From: Methanothrix sp. | GTDB taxonomy: Archaea; Halobacteriota; Methanosarcinia; Methanotrichales; Methanotrichaceae | Length of the DNA stretch: 64,000 nucleotides | Assembly: GCA_963682135.1 (NCBI GenBank) | Contig: OY821645.1 | Location: forward strand, 1-64,000 | Direction: 5' to 3' | Notes under the pieces: generated by a model | What the model was told of the DNA's origin: nothing | Seen by the model: only the letters and a program-made list of their open reading frames with translations | Database searches by the model: none | In this document: positions 10,130 through 21,200 of the stretch, piece after piece | How the letters are laid out: every line of letters begins with the position of its first letter | Position numbering within the stretch: position 1 is the stretch's first letter | Program-made: the position numbers and the translations under genes

Positions 10130-10148
10130 AGATGGGAGTAAAAAGCGC

Positions 10149-10814
10149 ATGGATCGCAAGGTGGTAGTACCAGGTGATCTTCTCTCTGAGGAGGCCAAGA
10201 GGTCGGGCGAGGGGACGTATGTAAGAAACGGTGGCGTCTACTCCTTGCTATATGGTCTTGCGAACTTTAGGGATAAGATAAATGTCATACCCCTGGCGGG
10301 CAAGTATATACCCGGACCGGGGGACAACGTCATAGGTGTCGTGAAGGATATTACCTTCTCAAATTGGATCGTGGACATAAATTCGCCCTACGACGGGCTG
10401 TTGCATATCTCTGAGTTCCCGATTAGGATCGAATCGGATGAGATGTCCAAGTATTTGCGCATCGGCAGCTCGATCATGACGCGCGTGGCTGATGTAGATC
10501 CTACTATGAAGGTGGAGCTCACTTTGAATGACAAGAAGCTCGGGCAGATTAAGGCCGGCCAGGTCATTGAGATAAGCCATACAAGAGTTCCCAGGCTCAT
10601 CGGCAAGGGCGGCTCCATGATCAGCATGTTGAAGAAAGAGGTAAACTGTAATATCTTCGTTGGCCAGAACGGCAGAATCTGGATCCACGGGGGTGCAGAG
10701 GATATGGATCTGGCTCTGAAGACCATAACTCTGATTGAGAAGGAAGCCCATACCAATGGTCTCACTGACAGAATAGTGGACTTCCTAAAGAAGGAGAAAG
10801 GGGCCAGAAGTTGA
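10149..10814 (+). CDS. rrp4: Exosome RNA-binding subunit Rrp4
   Basis: VVPGDLL, S1 domain, KH motif [19 protein letters not shown]. Confidence 0.95.
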   Translation: MDRKVVVPGDLLSEEAKRSGEGTYVRNGGVYSLLYGLANFRDKINVIPLAGKYIPGPGDNVIGVVKDITFSNWIVDINSPYDGLLHISEFPIRIESDEMSKYLRIGSSIMTRVADVDPTMKVELTLNDKKLGQIKAGQVIEISHTRVPRLIGKGGSMISMLKKEVNCNIFVGQNGRIWIHGGAEDMDLALKTITLIEKEAHTNGLTDRIVDFLKKEKGARS

Positions 10815-10819
10815 TCGCT

Positions 10820-11572
10820 ATGGATGAGACTGATATATCATTTTTTAAAGATGGACTGCGCCTGGATGGCCGAAGGGCAGATCAGCTCCGACCTGTGAAA
10901 ATCGAGGTGGGAGTCCTGGCCAGAGCAGACGGCTCATGTTACATCGAGATGGGTGGGAATAAGGTCATTGCGGCAGTTTACGGACCCAGGGAGGTGCATC
11001 CCAGACATTTGCAGGAAGCAACCAGGGCCATTGTGCGCTACCGTTATAATATGGCCTCTTTCTCTGTAGAGGATAGAAAACGGCCGGGTCCGGACCGAAG
11101 GTCGCAAGAGCTTTCCAAGGTTAGCCGGGAAGCACTCGAGCCCGTGATTCTGACCAGCTTCTTCCCCAGATCGGTGATAGATGTTTTTATCGAGGTGCTT
11201 CAGGCCGATGCGGGAACAAGGACCGCTGGCATAAATGCCGCGGCGGTAGCTCTTGCGGATGCAGGTATTCCCATGAAGAGCATGATTTCGTCTTGTGCTG
11301 CTGGAAAAGTGGCGGATACCATAATTCTTGATCCAATGAAAGAGGAAGACAACTTCGGCCAGGCAGACCTGCCCATTGCCATGACTCCGGGTGGAGACAT
11401 CACCTTGCTGCAAATGGATGGCGATCTCACACCGGACGAGTTTCATAGGGCCGTGGAGATGGCCATGAAGGGAGCCAGAGACATCTATGAGATGCAAAGA
11501 GCAGCTCTTGTGAAGAAATATAGCCAGATGGTAGAACAGCCCGTGCGAGAGGATGTGCATGTCTGTGACTAA
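10820..11572 (+). CDS. rrp41: Exosome subunit Rrp41
   Basis: RLDGR, ADGS, VYGPRE, ADAGTR, LLQMDG. Confidence 0.96.
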   Translation: MDETDISFFKDGLRLDGRRADQLRPVKIEVGVLARADGSCYIEMGGNKVIAAVYGPREVHPRHLQEATRAIVRYRYNMASFSVEDRKRPGPDRRSQELSKVSREALEPVILTSFFPRSVIDVFIEVLQADAGTRTAGINAAAVALADAGIPMKSMISSCAAGKVADTIILDPMKEEDNFGQADLPIAMTPGGDITLLQMDGDLTPDEFHRAVEMAMKGARDIYEMQRAALVKKYSQMVEQPVREDVHVCD

Positions 11573-12341
11573 CGTCATCTCCGAGATAAAGAAGGACTTT
11601 ATCTACAACCTGCTTCTCAAAGGAGAGAGGATTGATGGCCGCACTTTTGATGAGTACCGGGAGATATCCATCCAGAGAGATGTGATCCGCAAGGCGGAAG
11701 GTAGTGCGCTTGTTAAATTAGGATCAAGCCAGGTGCTGGTGGGCGTGAAGATGCAACCCGGGGAGCCTTTCTCGGATACGCCCAATAAGGGAGTCATCAT
11801 CACCAATGCCGAGCTGGTGCCGCTTGCCTCACCATCTTTTGAGCCGGGTCCGCCCAATGAGATGGGAATTGAGCTGGCGCGGGTAGTGGATCGCGGCGTG
11901 CGCGAGTCCAAGGCAGTGGATCTGGAAGCGTTGTGCATTGTGCCCGGCAAGCAGGTCTGGATTATATTCATCGATATTCATATCCTGGATGACTGCGGAA
12001 ATATTCTTGATGCCGCGTCACTGGGCGCTATCGCTGCGCTGCTGTCCACCAAGGTGCCGGCAGCCCGGTTCGGTCTGGGCGAGGATTACGTCTTGCCCAT
12101 AAGAGATATCCCCATAGCGACGACGGCCATTGAATTCAATGATGTCTTGATGTTCGATCCCGGGGTCGATGAAGAGGCCATTGCCAATACCCGTCTCACC
12201 ATGATATCTACGGTGGAAGGCAATATCTGCGGCTCACAGAAGAGTGGCGCGGGAATGCTCAAACCTGAGCAGATCTACCGCATCATTGATATAGCATGTG
12301 AGAAGGCGAAAGAAATCCGGGAAAAGTTTCTGGAAGCATAA
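11559..12341 (+). CDS. rrp42: Exosome subunit Rrp42
   Basis: [38 protein letters not shown]. Confidence 0.96.
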   Translation: MSVTNVISEIKKDFIYNLLLKGERIDGRTFDEYREISIQRDVIRKAEGSALVKLGSSQVLVGVKMQPGEPFSDTPNKGVIITNAELVPLASPSFEPGPPNEMGIELARVVDRGVRESKAVDLEALCIVPGKQVWIIFIDIHILDDCGNILDAASLGAIAALLSTKVPAARFGLGEDYVLPIRDIPIATTAIEFNDVLMFDPGVDEEAIANTRLTMISTVEGNICGSQKSGAGMLKPEQIYRIIDIACEKAKEIREKFLEA

Positions 12342-12356
12342 ACGGAAGTTAAGATC

Positions 12357-12638
12357 ATGGCAAAGCAGACTACAAAAGGAAGGAAGAGCAGGTCCGCAGC
12401 CCGGTTTGGTCCCAGGTACGGCCGCAAATCACGAAAGCTCGTGGCAGATTTGGAAGAAAAGAGCAAGGCTTCTTATGACTGCCCCTCATGCAATAGGAAT
12501 AAAGTGACAAGGATAAGCACCGCCATCTGGAGCTGCAGCAAGTGCGGCTATACCTTTGCTGGCGGCTCTTTCCTGCCTGAGACGTCTTTGGGACGCTCAG
12601 TGATAAGGTCTCTCAAGAAGACCCTTGAGGCGGCTTAG
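12357..12638 (+). CDS. rpl37ae: 50S ribosomal protein L37Ae
   Basis: RFGPRYG, CPSC...WSCSKC, FAGG. Confidence 0.96.
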   Translation: MAKQTTKGRKSRSAARFGPRYGRKSRKLVADLEEKSKASYDCPSCNRNKVTRISTAIWSCSKCGYTFAGGSFLPETSLGRSVIRSLKKTLEAA

Positions 12639-12641
12639 AAG

Positions 12642-12779
12642 ATGGCGTATAAGTGCACCAGATGCAAGAAGACCGTTGAGGTTGATTATGAGTACAGCGG
12701 CATACGCTGTCCATATTGTGGGCATAGGATTCTGATGAAGGAGCGGCCCACCACGGTCAAGAAGATGAAAGCCGTCTGA
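12642..12779 (+). CDS. rpoP: DNA-directed RNA polymerase subunit P (45 aa, below ORF-track cutoff)
   Basis: [45 protein letters not shown]. Confidence 0.95.
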   Translation: MAYKCTRCKKTVEVDYEYSGIRCPYCGHRILMKERPTTVKKMKAV

Positions 12780-13192
12780 TGCTGCTCACCACTTCGCGAG
12801 ATCCTTCCAGCAAGGCAAGAAGGTTTGCCAGGGCTCTGGCCTCGTTTCTCTCTCTGCCCTATGTGAATAGGGGAAAGCAAAGTCTGGGGGAGGACGAAAC
12901 CTGGCTGGTGGTGATAGAGGACCACGGCAATCCGGCAGGTCTCTTCAAGCGCTCCTCGGGAAGAGAGGAGCAATTGAGCTTTCGGCTTTCAGGAGAACCG
13001 GAAGCAAGGCGGCTCAAGAGTAGCGTGCCGAAAGTTGCCGGCATGGCAGCGGTTGCTCTTCCAATTGCGCAGTTCTTTGAGCTGGAGTGGCTTGGCGAGG
13101 CCCCTCCGGCCCAGGGACGCATAATCTGGGTTGCACCAAATACTATCGAATTCATAGATGAGGGCCAAGCCAAATTCAGGCTTAAGATATGA
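12779..13192 (+). CDS. Brix-domain ribosome biogenesis protein
   Basis: [20 protein letters not shown]; operon position. Confidence 0.85.
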   Translation: MLLTTSRDPSSKARRFARALASFLSLPYVNRGKQSLGEDETWLVVIEDHGNPAGLFKRSSGREEQLSFRLSGEPEARRLKSSVPKVAGMAAVALPIAQFFELEWLGEAPPAQGRIIWVAPNTIEFIDEGQAKFRLKI

Positions 13193-13416
13193 AGGGCTGC
13201 GCAGAGTTCGTGTTTGAAAGCGAGCATGCCCCTGAGATCTATCAGGCGCTGGCTCCCGAAATTGAAGACGAACTGCATAGGTCCAATGTAATTCTGGGCC
13301 TGGAAGATGGTTCGATTAGATTGAGGATCTGGGGCGAGGATACAGTCTCTCTCCGGGCAGCCTTAAATACATGGATAAGGTTGGTTAACATCGCATTTGA
13401 GATGGTGAGTATATGA
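13189..13416 (+). CDS. pcc1: KEOPS complex subunit Pcc1
   Basis: ALAPE...DTVSLRAALNTWIRL. Confidence 0.9.
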   Translation: MKGCAEFVFESEHAPEIYQALAPEIEDELHRSNVILGLEDGSIRLRIWGEDTVSLRAALNTWIRLVNIAFEMVSI

Positions 13417-13775
13417 GTGGCGAATTGCCTCCGCAGATACAGAATCAGTTGGCTCAGCTCCAGCAGCTCCAGCAGCAGGCGCAAGCGGTCATGGCTCAAA
13501 AGGGCCAGATCGAAGGTCTGATCAGAGAGACTGAAGCGGCGCTCAAGGAACTGGAGAAGAGCGCAGACGATGCAGTTATATACAAGGGCGTCGGGGAACT
13601 CCTCTTTAAGGCCGACAAGCTCAAGCTGATCGAAGAGCTGAAAGAGAAGAAGGATATGAACGAGATCCGCAAGAAGAACATGGCCAATCAGGAAGAACGC
13701 ATTCAGGGCCGGTTCACTCAGCTTCAAGAGCAGCTTAAAATGTCATTAGGTCAGATGCCGCCCAAGGGCGGCTAA
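13413..13775 (+). CDS. pfdB: Prefoldin beta subunit
   Basis: LPPQIQNQLAQLQQLQQQ, IYKGVGELL. Confidence 0.95.
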   Translation: MSGELPPQIQNQLAQLQQLQQQAQAVMAQKGQIEGLIRETEAALKELEKSADDAVIYKGVGELLFKADKLKLIEELKEKKDMNEIRKKNMANQEERIQGRFTQLQEQLKMSLGQMPPKGG

Positions 13776-13785
13776 AACCATTTGC

Positions 13786-13862
<77 letters not shown>

Positions 13863-13892
13863 TTATTATTACCATCATTTTTAGGAGGAACT

Positions 13893-14081
13893 ATGTGCGA
13901 ACTTACGGTTTACATTTTGAAGGGAAATTCTCGCGAAAAGGCAATGGAGGGCGTAGTGAGGCTCATGGCCCACAACGGCAAGGTGCTCATGGAAGGCATC
14001 TTCGGCGATTCCATGGAAGTGGAGGGCCGCATCGGTGATGTGGATATCATGTCCCAATCAGCCAATATCATCGCGAATTAG
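13893..14081 (+). CDS. CooT-family small nickel-binding protein
   Basis: MCELTVY start (Cys2), ME.V, GIFGD; RBS AGGAGG. Confidence 0.75.
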   Translation: MCELTVYILKGNSREKAMEGVVRLMAHNGKVLMEGIFGDSMEVEGRIGDVDIMSQSANIIAN

Positions 14082-14230
14082 GCTAACAACGTGCCTTTAT
14101 AGGGAGATAGGAATCGGAATATTGTTATAAAATCGTTCATTTTTTATCAAATTATAAGTGCTATAGGTGCTTGCGAATCGATCATATTAATATGGTATGG
14201 ATACTTAAATCTCGCTGTGAGGAATAGACG

Positions 14231-15085
14231 ATGAGATGGATTCGTATAGTTCAAATCATCTGTTTCATTATATCCTTCCTATCATGTTTAGGGGGATCTT
14301 TAGGTCAATCAGATGATGTTGTAGGTCCTTGGGCGATCAGAGGTGACCTTCCAATAGCCGGTGACTTCAATGGTGACAGTATAAACGATGATGTAGGTGT
14401 TTTCAGGCCATCAGAGCGCAATTGGTACTTTGACTATTTCCGGGATGGGACAACAGATAAAAAGATCGGACCATGGGGCAACCAGGGAGATCGGCCAATA
14501 GCTGGCGACTTTGATAGTGATGGTCATAATGACGATATCGCCGTATTCAGGCCATCTGACTCTAGCTGGTATTTTGACTACAATGCAAATGGAGATACCA
14601 ATAAAGTCATAAAACCATGGGGCCTTCAAGACGATCTTCCTCTCGCCGGAGATTTTGACAACGATGGATATTGTGACGACATTGGTGTCTTCAGACCATC
14701 TGAAACCAAATGGTATTTTGACTTTGATGCCACCGGGAATACCGATAAAAAAATAGCACATTGGGGCTGGTCAGGAGATTTGCCAATTCCGAACGCTGCC
14801 GATTTTGAAGGCTCTGGCGAATATAATAACGATATTGGAGTATTCCGGCCTTCCGTGAAACAATGGTTCCTTGATTTTGATGCTAATGGGAATACCAATC
14901 AAGAATTCATTTATGGTTGGCCGGGGGATCTTCCAGTCGCCGGTGACTTCGACAGAGATGGATGGAACAATGATATAGGGGTGTTTCGGCCTTCCGAGAG
15001 GAAATGGTATTACAAATATCTATATTTGGGAAAGAGCTTGCCGGGAATGACAGGAGGAGCAACTCCTGGATATGTTAATTCCTAA
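14231..15085 (+). CDS. Secreted FG-GAP/VCBS-like repeat protein
   Basis: Signal peptide; five ~49 aa repeats GDxPxAGDFDxDGxxDDIGVFRPSxxxWY. Confidence 0.8.
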   Translation: MRWIRIVQIICFIISFLSCLGGSLGQSDDVVGPWAIRGDLPIAGDFNGDSINDDVGVFRPSERNWYFDYFRDGTTDKKIGPWGNQGDRPIAGDFDSDGHNDDIAVFRPSDSSWYFDYNANGDTNKVIKPWGLQDDLPLAGDFDNDGYCDDIGVFRPSETKWYFDFDATGNTDKKIAHWGWSGDLPIPNAADFEGSGEYNNDIGVFRPSVKQWFLDFDANGNTNQEFIYGWPGDLPVAGDFDRDGWNNDIGVFRPSERKWYYKYLYLGKSLPGMTGGATPGYVNS

Positions 15086-15113
15086 CGCCAAATGTCCTCG
15101 CCAATTAAGCGCG

Positions 15114-15986
15114 CTAATGCTTGATCAGTGGCACATACTCCACACCCGGTCGGCTTCTTCCCGCTTCCATGCGGTACAGGTCCATCAGGGCATAGACCTC
15201 ATCTGGTACATCGGTCTGCACGCATTCACCCAGGAGAGATTGAGCCTGCTCGGCCATAAAAGGATGATCATGAGTATATTTTCCTGAGACGAACTCCTCG
15301 ATGATGCTCTCCATCTTCTCGCCGCCGCACTTTCCTTCCAGGATCTTTTTGAGGAGATTTCTCATCTGGCTCATGGCCTTTTTCGCCTCCTCGGCATAGA
15401 TGAGGGTCTTGTCGTCGATCTCATCGATCTTCTTCTTGCCGACGACTGCCAGGAGCGATGTTGCCGGATAGCTGCCCTGCATATCTCCCAGTTGCGGGTC
15501 CACGGGACCCAGGGCGGCGTGCGGGTCCATGATTATCTTGTCGGCGGCAAAAGCGATGAGAGTTCCGCCGCTCATGGCATAATGGGGCACAATCACTGTC
15601 TTTTTGGCGGGATGGGCCTTCAGCGCCATGGCAATTTGCGTGGCAGCCAGAGCCAGGCCTCCCGGGGTATGCAAGATGATGTCGATGGGCACATCTTTTT
15701 GCGCTGCGCGAATGGCCCTCAAGACTCGCTCGCTGTCATCTATATCGATATAGCGAGCTAAGGGGATGCCCAGAAAGCTGATGGTCTCCTGGCGATGGAT
15801 AAGCGTTATGACCTGTGTGCCTCGCGTTTTGCCCAGCTTTGCCAGGACGCTCTTTCTGGCAGTCTGCAGGTAGTACCTCTGCGCCATGGGGACCAGGAAG
15901 AGAAATATGAATAGTAGGAACCAGATGTTGTTGAGCAATGCACTTGCCGTATCTCCGCCTACCTGGGCTTGAAGTAGATCCATCAT
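15114..15986 (-). CDS. ClpP-class serine protease (SDH family), membrane anchored
   Basis: ILHTPGG, AMSGGTLIA, LGPVDPQ, THDHP. Confidence 0.9.
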   Translation of the reverse strand: MMDLLQAQVGGDTASALLNNIWFLLFIFLFLVPMAQRYYLQTARKSVLAKLGKTRGTQVITLIHRQETISFLGIPLARYIDIDDSERVLRAIRAAQKDVPIDIILHTPGGLALAATQIAMALKAHPAKKTVIVPHYAMSGGTLIAFAADKIIMDPHAALGPVDPQLGDMQGSYPATSLLAVVGKKKIDEIDDKTLIYAEEAKKAMSQMRNLLKKILEGKCGGEKMESIIEEFVSGKYTHDHPFMAEQAQSLLGECVQTDVPDEVYALMDLYRMEAGRSRPGVEYVPLIKH

Positions 15987-16036
15987 TCAACATTATGTTC
16001 GAATCATATATTTATCTTGTGGGATCATTCATTAGC

Positions 16037-16060
16037 CTTCGCGTCTTCGCGGCTTCGCGT
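16037..16060 (+). repeat. 3x 8-bp tandem repeat CTTCGCG(T/G)
   Basis: CTTCGCGT CTTCGCGG CTTCGCGT read directly. Confidence 0.8.
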
Positions 16061-16248
16061 GAGAAATCGGTTAGTTCTGCGGCACTAAACCCTATCGGCA
16101 GCAAACACAGCAAAATCACTGAGGAAATGAGCCAATACGACATGGCTTTGATAAGCAAGCCTCCAGAAGAAGCTCGCTTTCGGTATCTATATTAATGATT
16201 ATGGCTTAATAGGGACGTCTCAAATGAACAATAAAGGAGGTTACAGCC

Positions 16249-16905
16249 TTGATGATTAGAAATTTTGGTTTAATGGCAATTCTTCTTTTAACTTTCTCAG
16301 CATCTGTATCCATGGCGTCCGCTCAGGATGCCTCATCTGGCCATAATAGTAGCACGGCTCAATATGACTCATCCACAGCTTCCGCCAGCGCGCAGGGCAT
16401 CTGGAAGGCCTCCTTAGGAGAAAAGGATATTATCATAGCTGTGAGCCAATCAGATCACTCTTTGTTTGGCCTGGCCAAATTCGAAGGAGACGATCCCTGG
16501 AATGGTGCAGTAGCCGGATCTATTTCTGCAAATGAGGTCTCTTTATCTCTGGCTGCTCTTGATAGCCTGGCGCTGGCATCTATTTACATTAGCGCTACCT
16601 TGGATGGTGAAACCATGAAGGGATTTTTCGTCCGATCGGACAGCACAGGCAAAGCAAGCAAGGGAGACTTCACAGCTAACATGATCAGCCCGGATACATC
16701 CGGTTACAGCCCTGTCGAGGTTACAACCGCCTCTGTAAAGGCAGATGAGACGGATCAAGTAAGCGCAGAGCAAACGGCTGAATTGCCCGCCAGCGAAGAG
16801 AGTGAGAAGCCCGCTGTCGCAAAGAGCGAGAGCCGATTCAAGGATGTTACAAAGCTGGCTAAAGGAATCAATCCGGATATATTGCCCAGGATGGCTGCAT
16901 TGTAG
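16249..16905 (+). CDS. Secreted hypothetical protein
   Basis: RBS AAGGAGG, signal peptide, Ser/Ala-rich. Confidence 0.7.
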   Translation: MMIRNFGLMAILLLTFSASVSMASAQDASSGHNSSTAQYDSSTASASAQGIWKASLGEKDIIIAVSQSDHSLFGLAKFEGDDPWNGAVAGSISANEVSLSLAALDSLALASIYISATLDGETMKGFFVRSDSTGKASKGDFTANMISPDTSGYSPVEVTTASVKADETDQVSAEQTAELPASEESEKPAVAKSESRFKDVTKLAKGINPDILPRMAAL

Positions 16906-17523
16906 GTGTTTTTAGTGAAACGCATATATCGCTCACAGACTTTCTTGATTGGGCTGGCATTGGGTCTGGCACTCTTGCTTACCGTGCATGGGCTTGGGTC
17001 CATGATGGATGAATTATCTGTCACGTCCTTCTCTGAGGACTGCGGCAAGTGGAAGATCAACTTCAACTGGTCGGAAATGGACGAATACAAAAGCAGCGTC
17101 TCGCATGGAGATAGCACATCCGGAAAAGTTGCCGTCGCGACAGATGCATTGACGCTGGAGTCGGCATCCGATAAATCCAAGATATTGAAGATCTCGGTCA
17201 TAATGTACTCCCATAACGATGCATCTCTGATCAACCAATCTCGCTTGATGGACCTAGCCAACGGTACCCTAACAAAATCTAAAGTATGCAAAGATATCAG
17301 TATAACTGAGAGGATGATAGATGGACGCTCCGGGATATTTGGCAGCGGCCTGAAGTGTCCGATAGATGAGCCGGTTTACGTTGCAGTCTATCCCGTAGAA
17401 TATCATCTGGATCGACCGGGAGGCATTCTGGCATCCACGGCTGTAGGATTGATTCTCTCCACCTATGGTCAAGAAGCTACAGAACGATTTATTAATTCGG
17501 TTAAAGTCCTGCAATTAAAATAA
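16906..17523 (+). CDS. Membrane-anchored/secreted hypothetical protein
   Basis: N-terminal hydrophobic helix, 205 aa ORF abutting the upstream gene. Confidence 0.6.
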   Translation: MFLVKRIYRSQTFLIGLALGLALLLTVHGLGSMMDELSVTSFSEDCGKWKINFNWSEMDEYKSSVSHGDSTSGKVAVATDALTLESASDKSKILKISVIMYSHNDASLINQSRLMDLANGTLTKSKVCKDISITERMIDGRSGIFGSGLKCPIDEPVYVAVYPVEYHLDRPGGILASTAVGLILSTYGQEATERFINSVKVLQLK

Positions 17524-17622
17524 CATCAAAGCATCAAAGACCGAGTTAACCGGCATCTTTGTCCAATATGGCCCTTGGGGTGCTCAAATCCGCCCCCCAA
17601 AAGACATAATTGACTTTATAGC

Positions 17623-17796
17623 CTAAGGCCAGAGGCCAAAGGCGATATTTAGTCCCATTACTACCACGCCTGCACCAATGCAGGCTCCCAGTACCATCTT
17701 AGGATTAAGCTTTATTGCAGTATCATCCGCCTCGAAGTACCTCATGAGGCCTGCTGATGACTGAAGACCGCTGCCTTCATTCTTTTTCTTTGCCAT
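17623..17796 (-). CDS. secG: Preprotein translocase subunit Sec61beta (57 aa, below ORF-track cutoff)
   Basis: MAKKKNEGSGLQSSAGLMRYFEADDTAIKLNPKMVLGACIGAGVVVMGLNIAFGLWP. Confidence 0.93.
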   Translation of the reverse strand: MAKKKNEGSGLQSSAGLMRYFEADDTAIKLNPKMVLGACIGAGVVVMGLNIAFGLWP

Positions 17797-17823
17797 ATCC
17801 AACTCCTATCTTTCTCCATCATA

Positions 17824-19833
17824 TTAAGTATTGCGGCTTTGAGCGGCGGCAGCCTTTCGCCAGCCGCTCTCATCCTGGAAGGGATAATTGTCCAGCATGC
17901 CTGCGCCTTTGATCATCCTTGGCCAATTCTGGCTGGGATTGCCAATAGCCACATGATCCATCCAGTAATTGCCGCCCGTGACATTGCCTTCGTCCCAGCT
18001 ATTGCTGCCCCCGATATCTTGAGAATGCTCCTTATTGCCCAGGAAGTTATTGTGGAAGATTCTGTTTCCAGTGGAATGCATTACCTGCAGGCCAATAGGA
18101 TTGTTGCTGATGTTATTCTGATATAACTGGTTATCATTAGAGAGGTTTAGCCAGATACCTGTGGCAGCATTTGCATCAACCATGTTGTCACGAATGGTGT
18201 TCTCGCTACAGGAGAGGAGTGAGATGCCGTTCTGATTGTTTCGCGAGGCATTATTTCCTGCAATTTGGTTGCCGTCCGAGGCGTACAGGAATATGCCGCT
18301 AAATTTATTGCCAAGAAGGCGGTTGCCTGATATCTCATTCTCATCAGACTGAACGAGACGCATGCCGTATCTTCCAGAGATGTTATTCTCCTGGACCCTG
18401 TTATTTTTTGAATCAAAGAGGAATACGGCATCGTTGGTGATGGCATTATTCCTTACTGTGACATTTTCACAGTAGGCTAATGTAAGATGAGCGAGATCTC
18501 TATCCAGGATCTTACCTCCAAGATTGCCAAAGAGATATACTATGGGGCGGGAATCCACAACATTAGATTCATCAACGGAATTATTAAATCCCTCCTTGGT
18601 CTCAGCTTCTGCGTAAAAGCTCCACTCTACATTCTGGAAACGATTGGCCGAAAGCTGATTGGCTGATGATTCCAGCAGGATAATTCCTTTGGAACTATTT
18701 GCGATCAGATTGTCGGATAGAGTGTTCTCGTTGGAGGATGAAATCTGTATCGCGGTGTCTGTTATGCCGGAGATCTTGTTTTCGGAAAAATTGTTCTGTC
18801 TGCTTTGGCTCATTTCAAGGCCAACGGTGCCGTCTTCTATCTTGTTCTGACTGAAAGAATTCTTGCTGGAATTTTCCATCCTAATGCCATATTCAGTCGT
18901 GATGATGCTATTGTTTTTTATCTCAAGCAGATCTGCGTCCTTAATATAAGCTGCATTCGTGCAGCGGAGCATCGCATTATCCGTCAGTTTGTTGTTCTTG
19001 CTGCTGGCGATGATCAGACCAAAGGTAGCGTCATTGATTTCATTGCTCTGCAATGTAATTTCGCTGGCGTTCGCGAGATTTATTCCTTGTGTGATATCGG
19101 CGGCAGAACCTCTGATGCGGACCCTATTTTGAGAAATATCGTTGTAGCTGCTGTTCAAGATCCACATGCCATATCTCTTGCTTTGGATATCATTGCTTTC
19201 GACTTGGCAGCTTTTGGCATGATCAAGCCACATACCCCAATAAGCATCAGATATTTTATTGCTCAGGATTTTATTCTCAGCAGCTTCCCGCACTACTATG
19301 GACAGATTGCAGCCTACGATATTGTTTTCTGTAACCACGTTTTTGGTGGAGTTCTCCCAGATGGCCACCGCCCCCTGGCAGTCCATCATTGCGTTTTCGG
19401 TAATTGAATTCTCATGAGAACCGCGGACCAGTATAGCGGGATTGGAGTTTTTAAACACATTTTCCTTGATGGTGTTTCGGTCTGATTGAATATACATAGC
19501 AGGCCCGGAAAAGTCCTGTATGGTTAGGCCCTGCAGAGAGCAGCCCTCTGCGGTTATTGTGACCCCTGTCTCCAGGCCATTTCCTTTGAGGATTATAGGC
19601 CCGTTCTCACCGGTGAGAGGCATTAGGTTCAGGCTCTTGTTCAGGATTACCGCTTCATTATATTCACCAGGCTTGATGTATATGGTATCTCCATTACTGG
19701 CAGCAACAACGGCCTCTTGGATGGTTTCATAATTGGCAAAGCCGCTGTCGTCAACGATATATGTTCTTGCTCCATCAATGGGCATAAGCCAGATGAGCAA
19801 AGCCATGAAGATGATCATCGGAATTCTAAGCAT
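17824..19833 (-). CDS. NosD/CASH right-handed beta-helix cell-surface protein
   Basis: Signal peptide, many GI.L..S..N.I..N repeats, NSWD..GGNYW.D, DNYPF. Confidence 0.9.
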   Translation of the reverse strand: MLRIPMIIFMALLIWLMPIDGARTYIVDDSGFANYETIQEAVVAASNGDTIYIKPGEYNEAVILNKSLNLMPLTGENGPIILKGNGLETGVTITAEGCSLQGLTIQDFSGPAMYIQSDRNTIKENVFKNSNPAILVRGSHENSITENAMMDCQGAVAIWENSTKNVVTENNIVGCNLSIVVREAAENKILSNKISDAYWGMWLDHAKSCQVESNDIQSKRYGMWILNSSYNDISQNRVRIRGSAADITQGINLANASEITLQSNEINDATFGLIIASSKNNKLTDNAMLRCTNAAYIKDADLLEIKNNSIITTEYGIRMENSSKNSFSQNKIEDGTVGLEMSQSRQNNFSENKISGITDTAIQISSSNENTLSDNLIANSSKGIILLESSANQLSANRFQNVEWSFYAEAETKEGFNNSVDESNVVDSRPIVYLFGNLGGKILDRDLAHLTLAYCENVTVRNNAITNDAVFLFDSKNNRVQENNISGRYGMRLVQSDENEISGNRLLGNKFSGIFLYASDGNQIAGNNASRNNQNGISLLSCSENTIRDNMVDANAATGIWLNLSNDNQLYQNNISNNPIGLQVMHSTGNRIFHNNFLGNKEHSQDIGGSNSWDEGNVTGGNYWMDHVAIGNPSQNWPRMIKGAGMLDNYPFQDESGWRKAAAAQSRNT

Positions 19834-20089
19834 GAGAAGCAAATTTACATGAAGCCTCTTATAGTTAATGCAAAATCCGGGCAGAGGAATTTCTCATCAT
19901 CAACCCCTTTATTTCCAGTGGAAAAATAAACATTGAATTTTTTCTTCATTGAACTTAGGATACCTTCGAAAAAAATCAAACTGTATGTTTGTGATAATAA
20001 TGTTATTTTGAAAGTAATATATTGTGAGGTGGTGGTGGCAAGGCAAAACCTTATTTACTCTCTCTTCTAAAGCCGTAGATGGTGATACG

Positions 20090-20284
20090 ATGACAGAAAT
20101 TATGCCGCACAAACACTGCATGGTCTGCGGCAATGCCGTGCGCCCTGACGAAAACTTCTGCGACGAGCTATGCGAGTCGAAGTTCAAATCGGCTCAGAGA
20201 AAGCAGCAGCTCTTATTTCTAGCATTTCTTGCCATAATGGGACTGATTTTGTTTCTGCCGTCGATCCTTAAGATGTATGGGTGA
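20090..20284 (+). CDS. DUF2116-like Zn-ribbon membrane protein
   Basis: PHKHCMVCGNAV...FCDELC then a TM helix. Confidence 0.85.
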   Translation: MTEIMPHKHCMVCGNAVRPDENFCDELCESKFKSAQRKQQLLFLAFLAIMGLILFLPSILKMYG

Positions 20285-20287
20285 AGG

Positions 20288-20779
20288 ATGCGCTCCATAG
20301 CTTTTTTTGCGTTTCTTATTCTGGGCGTTTTATCGATCTGTTCAGCTGTCGGCAGCGAATATATCGAGATAAGGGAAGTGACCATGCGCCTGGATGGCGA
20401 CAATGCCACTTTTGAGCTTAACTACACCCTGGATACTTTTTCCCGTTTTTATGTCTCGGCTCTGGGATGCAGATATCTGGAGCCCGAACTGATATCTTTT
20501 CTAGGGGGATACAGAGATGTTATGCTCATAAAGGCGGATACACAAGGCGCGACCCTGCAGGTAGTGGGTGCTGGTAAATATAATAGCGGCTATTATCTTT
20601 TCGACTCCACGCCCTTCGGTAGCATGGACAAGCCCCTGAAAGAAAGCATTGCCAGGTTCTCGGTTGTGTATCCTAGTGGGCGGCTTAGGACATTTTATAA
20701 TGTAACTGCCACGCAAAACGTCTTTTCTCAGGCGGCGCAGCCACTGGTAGATTCTGCCAGGGCGAAAAGCCAAAGCTAG
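20288..20779 (+). CDS. Secreted hypothetical protein
   Basis: Signal peptide; GGTGA RBS. Confidence 0.65.
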   Translation: MRSIAFFAFLILGVLSICSAVGSEYIEIREVTMRLDGDNATFELNYTLDTFSRFYVSALGCRYLEPELISFLGGYRDVMLIKADTQGATLQVVGAGKYNSGYYLFDSTPFGSMDKPLKESIARFSVVYPSGRLRTFYNVTATQNVFSQAAQPLVDSARAKSQS

Positions 20780-20823
20780 TAATAAGTAATCTGCCATCAA
20801 TTGATGGAGACTTCAACCGTCGA

Positions 20824-20949
20824 TCAGATCATCGGCTTGAAGAGAGCCGATAGTGCTGTCATGGCGTAGATTACTGCACCAACAAGTCCCACTTCAATGG
20901 CGTAGAGCCCAATATTGAAGGGGTCCATCATGTTTATTGCATCTGTCAC
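20824..20949 (-). CDS. Possible small single-TM peptide (up to 41 aa)
   Basis: ...MMDPFNIGLYAIEVGLVGAVIYAMTALSALFKPMI; GAGG and AT-rich boxes upstream. Confidence 0.4.
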   Translation of the reverse strand: MTDAINMMDPFNIGLYAIEVGLVGAVIYAMTALSALFKPMI

Positions 20950-21200
20950 ATTATTGCCTCAATCATCTATCGGTGGCCTTGTATAAAAAGAAATCGCGAG
21001 GTATATAAATGCCAACCATTCAGGACTCTACACTGGAACGTGGAGCGCAAGACGGTCATCAGTCATCTCAAAGGAGAAGCAGAAGCCGGTAAATATTATA
21101 TTTTTATGAACATGACTGTTTTGATTGATTGTGACGGCTGAAGCGATTGAATATCTTTAATAGCTCACAGATTCAATATTCTATAATAGGTGAGGCTAAC

